This document shows, piece after piece, positions 51,801-58,250 of a stretch of 64,000 bases of DNA. Under the pieces are notes generated by a model. The model saw only the letters and a list, made by a program, of their open reading frames with translations. It searched no databases and was not told the origin of the DNA. A program made the translations under genes and the position numbers. Location of the stretch: NCBI GenBank assembly GCA_045640985.1, contig JAZUFZ010000017.1, positions 18,125 to 82,124 on the forward strand, given 5' to 3'. The DNA is from Bacteroidales bacterium (GTDB lineage Bacteria; Bacteroidota; Bacteroidia; Bacteroidales; P3). The number at the start of each line of letters is the position of its first letter. The first letter of the stretch is position 1.

Positions 51801-54800
51801 AGCGTCAAATGCCGTCAGGATTGAGCTTTCAGGCATGTTGGCGAGTTCGTCATCAGTCAGAACGGTAGTATCGATGATAATCTGGTATTCACTTGCATAG
51901 TCACCGTCGGATGACCAGTTGAGCGTTACCACGGTAGGATCATCGTTGTCATAATCTACAACAAGGTCTTTTACCTGAGGACATGCCATATCCAGACCGC
52001 AGTGGTTGATGGCCAGCTGCAGACGGAAGTTTGAGGAAGTACCAACGGAAGAAGACGGCTGGTTGTTGTAGGTATAGTGATCATTGTCACTATATTCATA
52101 ACGGGAAACACCAGAGGTGGTCTGATTACCATAGTAGTAGTTGTAATTACTGCTGTAACTACCCTTATTATCCACGAAAGTAATCACGAGGTTGCTGCTT
52201 CCGTCAAAGGTATAAGGAGCAATCAGTTCGAGATCCTGCCATCCGGTATTTGCACCAATCTGGCCTTCCCATGCGAGAACGGTATTGCTGCTGTTCATGG
52301 ATACCCAGCCGCTGGACAGAGAAGCGGCATCGGTCTTGGTCAGATACATCTGAACTGGACGGATATCGTTTGCAGTCTTACAGTTGATGGAAATAGTGTT
52401 GATGGTAGTAGGCAGAAGTTCTTCAGCCTGGAAGAGCTGCTGTGTGTATGCATAGTTGTAGAATACATAACCTGGGAAATAGCTGCTGTTGGAAGTACTG
52501 GTACCGAGGGTATCGTTTACTACCTCTTCACAGTTGAAGTAACCGAGATTAGGAGTGGTTACAGTACCACTGATCCAGCGGCTCTGGCTTTCACCACAGT
52601 TAGCACGTACATATACATAATACATAGTATCGCGTACGATGCCTTCTTCGCGGGTGAAGGTATAGCGGTTAGCGTTGGTTACTACGATAGGTTCGTTCTG
52701 CTCAAGTTCTGCCTCGGTGAGAGGTTCGTTGCCATAGAGCAGGTCGAAGGAAGTAACGTTTGCATCAGGATTGGTCCATACTGCGGTGAACTCGCGGCGT
52801 TTCACGTTCTCGAAAGTGAGAGCGGTAGGAGTAGCGCAAGGTTCGATGTTCAGGTAGATGGTCCAGAGCTGATAGATAGTAGGATCAGCTGATACTACAT
52901 AAACCTGGAGACCGCCTTCGTAGTTGTAGTTGTTGCTGTTGCTCCAGTTGAATCCGTTCACACCGTCAATCTTGGCGGTTGCGCCGTCGCTTACGCTCAG
53001 GCGGGCACGTACGGAGGTGAGATCAACACCATAAACTACATTTACATTAACAGTATGATTAACGCTGTCGATAACAGCATTACCGATCTGCTGGTTAGCA
53101 TTGTAGAGGCTGAAGGATGCGATATAGGTTGCATCGTTCTTGGTAGTAACTACAACAGAGTCGTTGCTCCATGCAGAATAACCGTTCTCTTCGCCGCAGT
53201 TGCCGCGTACGTGGAGCGTATATTGGGTATTAGGCAGGAGGCCGTTCAGTGTGTAGGATACTACATTAGCGTCATTAGGAGTTACGTTGGAAACGGTAAC
53301 CGTTTCGGTAACGGTCTCGTAACCGTAAGGAGTTACGGTCTGATGTTTGTATTCAATCTCCCAAGTGTCGGCATCACCTACAGTACCGTTGGTCCATTTT
53401 ACTGGGATGCTGTAAGCAGATACACCTGCGAGAGCGTTATATACAAAGTTGGTAGGCTTAGCACAGGTAGCACCGGAAGCAACTACGATGTTGTCGATGA
53501 GGGCAACGTTGCTTGCAGAGGTGGAAGTGCCGGCACCGGTGTAGCGGAATGCCAGACGGACACCGTCAGCAAATGCCATGGTATCAGTGCTGAAGAGGTG
53601 GTCACGGGTGGTCATGCTGCCGCTTGTAGGAATAACCTCAACAGCGGTAAATTCTTCACCGTCGTAAACACCCAGTTCAAGAGTACCGTTGGAAACCTGA
53701 TAATCGAAGGTGAGCATCAGGGAAGCCACTTCGTCATTGAACTCAGGAAGCACTACGATAGAAGGAGCCGTAGTGGTAGCCACCATGGAGAGTGCATAGT
53801 TGGCATTACCGGTCTGGTATGCGAATGCCAGAGGAGCGGTAGTGCGGTTGTTGCTGATTCCCGGGAAGTCGAAGCAGTAGAACACATGGTCAAGATCTGC
53901 ACGGCCGTGGAAATCTTCAGGAGCATTCTGTACGGTAGTAGAATAGCTGATAACGCCGTTGAAGTCTTCGGTCCAAGGCAGTTCAGCGTGGCTGATGGAA
54001 GCGCATCCGGTAGAAGCTACAACAGGATTGCTCCACATACTGTAGTTATTGCCGCATACGGCGCGTACTGCCAGTGCATAGATGGTGCCTGGGAGCAGTT
54101 CTACGTCGTGGGAAGCAAATGAGAAGCCTTCGCGTTCGTCTGGATCATCTACGTCCACCATATCATAGAGATATGCGTTGGTGTCGCTGTTGAATTCCAT
54201 TGCGTTGGCCTCGTTGAAGTTTGCACAAGCCTTATATACTACCTGATAGATAGGACTGTCGTTTTCGTCGTCAATCCAGGTAAGAGGAATATCATTGGAA
54301 GAAATCTCGGTTGCGTCGAATGCCAGTTCAACAGGCTTTTCGCAGAGAGGTTTCTCTCTCAAGGTTACGTCATCGATGGTGATGGTGTAGCTGCCGGCTG
54401 CGGTGTTGTTGTTCACCTTCATGGCTACGAAACGACCTTCACCTTCATAATCGGTAAGGTTGAGTTTGTACTCTTCAAATACAGTAGAATCAATATTAAT
54501 AACGTCAACCAATTCAAAAGTATTGGTATCGGCTGGGTCGCTCATCACACCAATCTGGAGCACACCGTCTGCATTTGCAGAGGAGGTCTTTGCCCAGAAG
54601 GAGAGCTGTACCTGGCTCATTTCATATCCGTCGATAACCTCTGGGAGGATAGCGATGGAGTTCTGGTATGCGCCGGCGTTGCCGTTTACTACAAACTGCA
54701 TTGCATTACCGCTGCGGCCTAAATTGGTAGCAAGCTTAGGAGTGGTGGTAATGGTGCTGTTCGACTGCCAGCAATATACGTTGAAGGTACCTGCTCCAAC

Positions 54801-57800
54801 TTCATCACCGTCGAAAGTGGTGGTGAATGGGAGATCCCAAGGAGCGCAGGAAGTTCTGCCCTGAGTCATGGCATACTGGAGACCGTAGCTGTCGGAGCAC
54901 TGTGCCAGTACGTAGAACAGGTAAGGAGTATTAGGAGCCAGACCAGAGATAGTCAAGGTAGAGTCACCCTGGCAGAGTTCCGATACATAGTCGCCGCTGT
55001 AGATAGCAGTGTTGAATGGATCGAAAGCAAGATAGTTGTCGCTCTCAAGTGCGCGTACTGCATATACCATGTGGCCGGTAGTGAGTTCGCGTTCAGCGTT
55101 ACGGGCATCCTCGGTGAAAGCGATGGTTGCCGTGGTAGGAGTAGCGATTACGAAATCGGCACTCTTCATGCTGAAGCAGTCAGGCTCGGTCACACACATG
55201 CGGAAGCGCATGTTTGGACGGTATCCGGAAGTGCCACGGCTGCTATAGGAGCCTTCATAAGAATAAATACTTGCGCCGGAAGCGGAAGTACAGAGAACGT
55301 ATGGATAGATATAACCCGAACCCTCAATCTGAGCGGTGTCACCGGTTCTCTTAACCTTGATTATGAGGTTGCCGTTGGCAGGATCATATTCAAATGGGGT
55401 GGTCAGCACGATGTCAGCCCAAGTACCTCTGATCAGACGAACCTCACCGCTGTAAACCTGCTGCATTGCCGGCAGGGAGCTGGTATCGGATGCTGAAGAG
55501 AAGGAAGCTCTCGTGTCCTGAGCCATATAGACTTTTACAGGATAGGAAACATCACCGCTGTTGCCAGGATTAACCTGATAGCTGATGCTCTTGATCTGTC
55601 CTGGGAACACATCCATGTTCTCAAGGTCAGAAGCCTTGTAGATAGTCCAGGAAGTTGCATAATCATAGCTGTAATATGCAGGGAAATATCCTGAAGTAGA
55701 GGTACCAGTACCATAAACTACATCACGATAGCTCTGCTCACCGCAATCTACGCTGGTGGAGAAGACAGCCACTGCAGACCAGTCGCCATAGGTCTCATCA
55801 TCGCAGTTGGCGCGTATGGCAACCTTATAGCTGGTCAGTTCATCCAGACCCTGGATGGTGTAGGTGGTATCGCTGCCGGTAGTAGTGAACTCACCGAGCA
55901 TCGTAGTAGGATCGTCTGGGTTGAATCCCTCGACTGGTCCGTAGATGATGGTGTAGTTATCGGCATTCTCCAGTGGATAGCTCCATGTGAGGGTTGCGCT
56001 GGTAGCGTCAGACTCTGCACATGCTACGTCTGTAACTTTCTTACAGGTTGCGATATGACGAACTCTGAAGTTGTCTATTGCAGTAAGATAGTTGCTTGTA
56101 CCTGCACGTGAGAACACGATGCGAGCGTTGCCGGTCACGTCGAGATTGTCGCACAGAATATCCACATTGAAATTAGAATGTGCAGTATAACCAGCCGGAG
56201 CCTCGATGGTGTCGAAATAAACTACGGAGTTGGAACCTTCAAGCATGTAGCCGATATACAATGGGCCACAGGAAGAATAACTCTCAAAGCTCAGGTCAAA
56301 CACCACCTCCATCTGATTCAACGGATGGTTGAATACTGGAGTTGCAAAGGTGTTAGGTCCGTTTACATACAGATATTTTGATGAGAACGTATGGTAGCTT
56401 GAAGCCGTGGAAGCAGGTTTCACTGCTGCCGGATAGCTGCTGCTAAGCGCGATAGGAAGCCAGCACTCAGGAAGGCTGCCTTCCGGATCAGCATTGAAGT
56501 TGTTGGCATAAGGAACATCCAATGCCTGGCATGCAGTGTGAACGCCGAGCAGAGAAACCACTTCGCTGCTGTCGGTTGCGCTGCAGACGCCGCGTACATA
56601 GAAGTCGTAATCCTTGTTAGGGGTAAGACCTTCTACCAGGTAGCCGGTCGTATCCTCTACGGTTACGGTATAATGAACATCATCCATGCCGAATCCTGCG
56701 GTATCGTAGTCGATAATCCATGTGGTTGCCTCACCGATATTATTCCAGGAGAGTTCTACGGTGTTGGAACCGGCATTGGCTACGAGATCGATTGCAGGAA
56801 GACAGGATGGCATTTCAGTAATCTCAAGATCATCAAATACGGTGTAGTATGATGAACTCTCACCGTGAACATCGATGATGATGTATCCTTGAGTGATAGG
56901 AGAAGATGCCAGATAGGCTGAGAACTGGGAATAGGAAGTACTTGTAACGTGGAATACCGTTATAGTATCAAATTCCGGAAGTTCGCCTGCGGTAACGCTT
57001 GGGGCAACACCGATGGTGATGTCACCGAGATAGCTTGTGTTCTCCAGACGGGCCCACAGTGAAAGCTGGAGTTCCTGGAGATTATCAATGAGACGGGCAA
57101 CCGCTACAGTATAGGCATATCCATAGGTGTACATACACTTACCGGTACGGGCACCTGTAGAACTTGCCTGCGGATACTGAGGATCTGCCTGATACAGGAT
57201 AGTCCATCCTGTAGGAATTCCGTCTACGTTATTGAAGTTTTCTGAATAAGGTGCAGCCAGAATACTGAAAGCTGGTGAAGAAGCAAGGTTACTTACATTT
57301 TCAGAACTGCAGTGGCTTCTTACCTGAACGGTATATTCAGTATTAGCAGTCAGGTTGGAAAAATCAGCATAGGTAGTGAAAGGTTCGCATACGACAGAGT
57401 CGATAGGACCTTCAGGACCATACAGGATAGCAGTATAGTAGGTACCGGCATCGGCATGGGAATTTTCCCATGTTGCGTGAACTCCCATAGTGCTATAGTT
57501 AGGAGTTGCCGTTACATGAGCAGGAGCATAGCAGAAATCATCACCGGCTGGAACCATCACGAACTTGGTGTTCGGACGGGCAGCATCCGTACCTGCCGTA
57601 GTAGTGTTGTCAAGGCTTGCATAAGAAGGATCTGAGTCGCTTTCACGATACATCGCCTTATGGTCAGATGTGCTTCCACTATTATAGAATGTCACAGAAT
57701 TGTTATAGGCGCTACCCACATGGGTAACCGTAATAACAATACTGCTGGTTCCATCATAGTAGAATGGAGTAGCCAGTTCCACTGTGAACCACCCGGAGGG

Positions 57801-58163
57801 GACCGTCAGCGGATTGTCGAAGGTTGCCACCTGCGTCAGATCAGCAGCAGGTGTCCAAGCAGTGAGCGTGGTTGACGAGGAAGTACCCATGTAAACGGTG
57901 TACTGACTCGGAATAGAACCAGAGCCATTGACTTGGAACGCAATTGACTGGATGTAGGAAGGAACTTCTCCCAATTCCTCTGAGGTGTAAATCATCTCAC
58001 AACGGCCATTCTTGTAGTAGTTCGTCATAGGGACATAGTATCCCGATGATGTACCTGTACCAATAATGACTTCGTTCTGAGCCATCACAGAGGAACTTCC
58101 AGGCGTTAGCCACGGCACTACCAGCGCCGCTACTAACAACATTCTAAGTAAAAAGTTTCTCAT
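39882..58163 (-). CDS. giant (6,093 aa) T9SS-sorted multidomain surface/adhesin-like protein
   Basis: Single open frame of 18,282 nt. Signal peptide MRNFLLRMLLVAALVVPWLTPGSSSVMAQ. Six unassigned 'A' modules, six adhesin/choice-of-anchor-J-like modules, ~19 FN3-like domains, 26 InlB-B-repeat-like units and a type-A T9SS C-terminal domain. Confidence 0.9.
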   Translation of the reverse strand: MRNFLLRMLLVAALVVPWLTPGSSSVMAQNEVIIGTGTSSGYYVPMTNYYKNGRCEMIYTSEELGEVPSYIQSIAFQVNGSGSIPSQYTVYMGTSSSTTLTAWTPAADLTQVATFDNPLTVPSGWFTVELATPFYYDGTSSIVITVTHVGSAYNNSVTFYNSGSTSDHKAMYRESDSDPSYASLDNTTTAGTDAARPNTKFVMVPAGDDFCYAPAHVTATPNYSTMGVHATWENSHADAGTYYTAILYGPEGPIDSVVCEPFTTYADFSNLTANTEYTVQVRSHCSSENVSNLASSPAFSILAAPYSENFNNVDGIPTGWTILYQADPQYPQASSTGARTGKCMYTYGYAYTVAVARLIDNLQELQLSLWARLENTSYLGDITIGVAPSVTAGELPEFDTITVFHVTSTSYSQFSAYLASSPITQGYIIIDVHGESSSYYTVFDDLEITEMPSCLPAIDLVANAGSNTVELSWNNIGEATTWIIDYDTAGFGMDDVHYTVTVEDTTGYLVEGLTPNKDYDFYVRGVCSATDSSEVVSLLGVHTACQALDVPYANNFNADPEGSLPECWLPIALSSSYPAAVKPASTASSYHTFSSKYLYVNGPNTFATPVFNHPLNQMEVVFDLSFESYSSCGPLYIGYMLEGSNSVVYFDTIEAPAGYTAHSNFNVDILCDNLDVTGNARIVFSRAGTSNYLTAIDNFRVRHIATCKKVTDVACAESDATSATLTWSYPLENADNYTIIYGPVEGFNPDDPTTMLGEFTTTGSDTTYTIQGLDELTSYKVAIRANCDDETYGDWSAVAVFSTSVDCGEQSYRDVVYGTGTSTSGYFPAYYSYDYATSWTIYKASDLENMDVFPGQIKSISYQVNPGNSGDVSYPVKVYMAQDTRASFSSASDTSSLPAMQQVYSGEVRLIRGTWADIVLTTPFEYDPANGNLIIKVKRTGDTAQIEGSGYIYPYVLCTSASGASIYSYEGSYSSRGTSGYRPNMRFRMCVTEPDCFSMKSADFVIATPTTATIAFTEDARNAERELTTGHMVYAVRALESDNYLAFDPFNTAIYSGDYVSELCQGDSTLTISGLAPNTPYLFYVLAQCSDSYGLQYAMTQGRTSCAPWDLPFTTTFDGDEVGAGTFNVYCWQSNSTITTTPKLATNLGRSGNAMQFVVNGNAGAYQNSIAILPEVIDGYEMSQVQLSFWAKTSSANADGVLQIGVMSDPADTNTFELVDVINIDSTVFEEYKLNLTDYEGEGRFVAMKVNNNTAAGSYTITIDDVTLREKPLCEKPVELAFDATEISSNDIPLTWIDDENDSPIYQVVYKACANFNEANAMEFNSDTNAYLYDMVDVDDPDEREGFSFASHDVELLPGTIYALAVRAVCGNNYSMWSNPVVASTGCASISHAELPWTEDFNGVISYSTTVQNAPEDFHGRADLDHVFYCFDFPGISNNRTTAPLAFAYQTGNANYALSMVATTTAPSIVVLPEFNDEVASLMLTFDYQVSNGTLELGVYDGEEFTAVEVIPTSGSMTTRDHLFSTDTMAFADGVRLAFRYTGAGTSTSASNVALIDNIVVASGATCAKPTNFVYNALAGVSAYSIPVKWTNGTVGDADTWEIEYKHQTVTPYGYETVTETVTVSNVTPNDANVVSYTLNGLLPNTQYTLHVRGNCGEENGYSAWSNDSVVVTTKNDATYIASFSLYNANQQIGNAVIDSVNHTVNVNVVYGVDLTSVRARLSVSDGATAKIDGVNGFNWSNSNNYNYEGGLQVYVVSADPTIYQLWTIYLNIEPCATPTALTFENVKRREFTAVWTNPDANVTSFDLLYGNEPLTEAELEQNEPIVVTNANRYTFTREEGIVRDTMYYVYVRANCGESQSRWISGTVTTPNLGYFNCEEVVNDTLGTSTSNSSYFPGYVFYNYAYTQQLFQAEELLPTTINTISINCKTANDIRPVQMYLTKTDAASLSSGWVSMNSSNTVLAWEGQIGANTGWQDLELIAPYTFDGSSNLVITFVDNKGSYSSNYNYYYGNQTTSGVSRYEYSDNDHYTYNNQPSSSVGTSSNFRLQLAINHCGLDMACPQVKDLVVDYDNDDPTVVTLNWSSDGDYASEYQIIIDTTVLTDDELANMPESSILTAFDATSYTIQNLMPYTDYYLYIRVKCNGEGQDDGISTWNSIPFKTHAACRAPENISVAFTSKTTAVMSWSADATQDANYRYIISPTAVPNPDNYNVSASGLNVTSIGLSNLVPDQHYYFYLSNVCGGNDGNSPYVCYEFDMVPSCPAPINVHLTDKAPTGVTVAWESDTANFADENEWQVTCYAVDSTGAQMGDAQVFTVSNPSAVVTYLTPATNYRLEVRSICNGTPSITPAVLNFNTPVKVDCTQIGTGTSRSTSAPYNWGNYYTQILFRADEMHAMGLDAGMINAISLSYPAASAEKKVYAFMGTTTMNSFGSASDRIPQNQMTQVCGPLVRGANEGEGAFTYNFTTPFEWDGTSNLVVGILSNQPDGTSQSTSSSFTPQYTSTSYTSVVACYQDGTQLTVSDPFATGNTTTLTYRPNVTFCFLAGDCPAVSHVTAQNVASHTADVVWYTGGSETSWQVVRSEEPLTESALAEATPVTVETPSISYDDLVIDVTYYVYVRPICSEESKWVGTEFTTLPSCSAPSIKSLYANEDTVICVVAHDGEYGEAQEFEYEFWNAQVEDAEHISIVAGDSVAITSLPNIAIYNWRVRSICGEGDTSRWTNGDQFQLCGTMSLPFLDEFAQDSPSLGCWRVAGSSPTLVTSGTTAYLNFDAYGTYTMRSIITPVVPAALNTTMVTFKARRYSSSYEGQVKLYALSIEGDAITNLQELTTIELNSTDYENYEIYLDEFGEIAGDRIMFSVEKVGSSENWIYLDNFGMNYIPDCRRPNSFRLAAQQVNAHSVDLTWEQPGECVAWIITDTLTGQTYQIPYMAATVEGTNVNVNLGGLTANTNYVFSVRAVCDNSTSEPAVNFVNVRTLNDEATFTSYAVADYQVGTTSIDAINHVIEVTVRADADIANLVSTFRVSNNATVLDAAGHVLVSGAGVLDFTYGQFVYLQPAGQDVAATEWEIRVLIEGCPTLYGLTANKVERTRLNLNFNTADSALYTFQLVYDTVALTAEELAAAEYQTITAEGEGYERVYHVSGLERETGYYFYLRNECSPAWLSVNAKTKALNYCDVHQMGNSSGTNSYMPLYSTYDYSYSQQIFDKEELTSGPITAFAIQNAAVKDRMVDIYLGTTTQSTFSGTDDFVPSSELTLVAHNVHMGTTIGWNSFTLAEPFMYDGTSNLVVAINNVNGSWSSGSSYNVTSCTGNKSVYVYRDGTQFTPDNAATSGASGDVLSVRNNIRFTICEENEACEPATEIAASDITSSSATLSWTSSTSDYVGYYDVLVSDTAVVDFATIDSLDSYNFSGNALTCELNGLDPEVDYYVYVRARCNANGHEEGYSVWAPYMFRTFADCRSVVDLAADITSTTTATITWNFYEGMEGNFAYVISSEALEDGALAELTEDDYQEADLTVTEAYVEDLVPGETYYIYVTNVCGSSRSSWKEVSFTMPPACATPVNLTVSNVTSLAASLNWERGEFGEETEWQVIWVYGEPEDSSANAQIMTVNTNTAVIPFSVAGETYRAYVSAMCEEGNSAEASVSFNVPAAGTASGCVTIGDGEDEYSGAPTYTGWGNSYTQQIITVDEMAAQNYGAGSIESISYTWTEEAGYNKDLYIFIGSTSMDEFTSATVAGMVPHSNLTQVCGPISRSEGDEAGEMTFEFSTPWFWDGQSNIVIATITNQAAGESHTSSYGYSAAGTETDGYTTIYKYQDGTAFSLTNPQSQGNGPGRVEGHANIKFCFASSTGCNRVNRINVSGVTADAAHIDWYPSEAGNLDYNYVLSTEPLTIEGIAAAELTSVTALGLDLEDLTADADYYFYIAPTCAGTDDITLWNSAIFATAPLCRQPILAVASVREEMGVVNFSITPDPETDPASYEYVLWANGMDTVVFEGSASENYNLEDLVAVTTINWKVRAICDEDGEFVSRWVAGNGFQYCGESALPYEEDFESYEGYTYDIDADAINCWKTYSTGSVRPHVISSGSYYYKHSGSKALTFYGSGYNYAALPKMGAELNTMKMKFWRQTESASYGTLTVGYIKEGDNNFNTFTQIQQVSSHNGSMSEVTIDLSEVPEDADRIAFRWYYSNQYSCCIDDIRLYVPQQYNVTLASNDEELGTVEGEGEYVEDSYAYITATPTVGNHFVQWSDENPSASRSLLMNQDYDLTAYFEADLYSVLVRSNDTVMGTATASFDEVGYGAMVDIEAIANEHAYFVAWSDGNEEAVRTIEVVENTVLTAIFAKDSFEVAAETEFEDIEIRGTGMYGYGDSAVLYAPNYYGYQFQNWSNGETEQAIGFRVYDNINITAYYVPDTFAIAAVVDPANAGMVTGTGSYPFNSEITLTAVPAAGFYFNGWSDGEINAERSYTVLYDDTLVANFATEARYTVNALANNDNMGTALGSGIYDANDTVTLTAVPAYGYHFTGWADGDTNLTRQIVATQNADYTANFEINTYNVSIAFASQGFAAMGSISIEGVEGLTTTVEHGTELVLNANATLGNHFESWSDGNTDTARVMIVESDVNLTATFAPNAYIIALHVTPAGAGIVEGADTLNYNSPYTISTTANHGYVFQMWSDSVTTMVRSGQLRENINLTAIYVKDTFHVTVQSADLAMGTVSEDADVAYLGTTTVRATANYGYQFVRWNDGVTTASRRVTVTDDTTLVAEFSAAQFAITVLSANNSMGTVTGSGNYAYLSNAEMTANPRAGFAFTMWEDSITDNPRTVQVEGPATYIAMFEPVDAQYTVTLNTNDATMGTVTGAGTYAVNSYANIEAIPNTNFRFVNWSDNNTEAARRLRVTSDTLLTAIFQPDTHTLNVVSNNVAQGTVTGAGQFVYGTEVTIEAIPAFGYHFNYWSGNSRENPYTFEFTSARNFYMAYFAPDTFTVAVNSTYGTVTGAGRYLYNRTTNIEAIDTNLEDNIVFARWSDGNTDNPRVLTITGDAEYTAIFEEANTTFTITAVANVAERGTVTGSGEFVLSAKDTLEATANEGYEFVQWNDGVVANPRVITVGGDATYTAQFDSVSYNVTLLADAKMGTVEGAGRYVSGRTATISATCTKAGYHFFNWSDGNTDNPRVLTVNEDITLTATFAVDTLTVTASVNDPALGTINGLNAGGRYTYGSYLTLAATANFGYEFVSWNDGNTNNIYQTIVTEDLNLVATFGPREYTINAAAEYAERGTVEGAGSYLYMSEAVLTAVANYGYHFVGWTDGVTDATRTVTVNGPNSYVALFDPNMYTVSVAIDTNMGTCTIEDAQTAYGETAVLTVEPKFGYIFNGWSDGDVANPRTVTVMGDTVLTATFVADSFDITVLAGNDLGTVEGTGRFAYGEEVTISATPLDAQQNSFWYWNDGDTNAIRTIVVEGNATYTAMFGGHTYRVYVTAENGTVSQTNNGMILYGEYDTIHVTPNYGYVFAGWADGNMDSVRVVEVTGNMNLTALFTKMTFAVVVNAAENGTATGSGEYEYESFATLSATADAHYHFTNWSDGATDNPYNYQVLGDATLTANFAIDTHTVTATANNAEMGAVTVTGGVGNQFIYGLYATINAQAAYGYKFVEWSNGETVNPLQILVHSDTAVTAIFAVDQFDINVTCNAIEGTTTGTGSYDYGTTAVIEATPNYGYHFVQWSDNNTENPRNVLVSSDRNFVAQFARNNYTLTLNVDSTYMGTVEGAGTFAFEDTVTITASANHGYHFTQWNDGDTNAVRRVVILSDTAFSAQYARNLYTITTSVNDPELGTVTGAGQYLFGQQVVLTAIPADASVTFTNWGDAVTENPRTITVNDDAEYRANFQRTLQTYTITLQVNDAVMGTVTGGGSYLEGTTAHIAAVANEHYEFDSWSDGNTNAVRDIVVTSNLTLTANFVAMNYMITVSCDATMGTVTGSGSYAYNTTATITATARQGYEFVQWSDGNTNATRTITVTGDAEYVAEFRAVQGIDDVDALDVNIYSTNGNIVVKGAANQSIYIYDAVGRCVNHVAENYSEVNEFTMPTSGVYMVKVGNLPARRVVVVR
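39885..40109 (-). other. region encoding the T9SS type-A C-terminal sorting domain of the giant protein (last 75 aa)
   Basis: IDDVDALDVNIYSTNGNIVVKGAANQSIYIYDAVGRCV...SGVYMVKVGNLPARRVVVVR, the typical Por_Secre_tail pattern. Confidence 0.8.
40110..45557 (-). repeat. 26 tandem ~70-aa InlB-B-repeat-like (Listeria-Bacteroides repeat) units, diverged at the DNA level
   Basis: I parsed all 26 units by eye. Consensus: Y.(V/I)T(V/L)..N....GTV.G.G.Y.......I.A.(P/A)N.GY.F..WSDG.T.N.R...V..D..LTA.F. 5,448 nt / 26 = 69.8 aa per unit. Confidence 0.85.
46632..47195 (-). repeat. giant-protein module A, copy 6 (approximate bounds)
   Basis: GCVTIGDGEDEYSGAP...YTQQII..DEM...PWFWDGQSNIVIAT...HANIKFCF. Confidence 0.55.
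48114..48638 (-). repeat. giant-protein module A, copy 5 (approximate bounds)
   Basis: YCDVHQMGNSSGTNSYMPLYSTYDYSYSQQIFDKEEL...PFMYDGTSNLVVAI...NNIRFTIC. Confidence 0.55.
50535..51080 (-). repeat. giant-protein module A, copy 4 (approximate bounds)
   Basis: DCTQIGTGTSRSTSAPYNWGNYYTQILFRADEM...PFEWDGTSNLVVGI...YRPNVTFCF. Confidence 0.55.
51999..52532 (-). repeat. giant-protein module A, copy 3 (approximate bounds)
   Basis: NCEEVVNDTLGTSTSNSSYFPGYVFYNYAYTQQLFQAEEL...PYTFDGSSNLVITF...NFRLQLAINHC. Confidence 0.55.
55192..55748 (-). repeat. giant-protein module A, copy 2 (approximate bounds)
   Basis: DCGEQSYRDVVYGTGTSTSGYFPAYYSYDYATSWTIYKASDL...PFEYDPANGNLIIKV...YRPNMRFRMC. Confidence 0.55.
57548..58076 (-). 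repeat. giant-protein module A, copy 1 (approximate bounds)
   Basis: VIIGTGTSSGYYVPMTNYYKNGRCEMIYTSEEL...PFYYDGTSSIVITV...ARPNTKFVMV. Confidence 0.55.
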
Positions 58164-58242
58164 AACTTTTTGGATTTAATTAATTAATTGAGTGAATTTT
58201 ATATATTTCAAGGTTTATTTGCATAATACACATATTGAACTG

Positions 58243-58250
58243 CAAAATTA
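58243..58250 (-). promoter_or_regulatory. candidate -7 box (TAATTTTG on the minus strand) for the giant gene
   Basis: CAAAATTA on the plus strand, ~80 nt upstream of the ATG at 58163, inside a ~280-bp very AT-rich tract. Confidence 0.3.
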
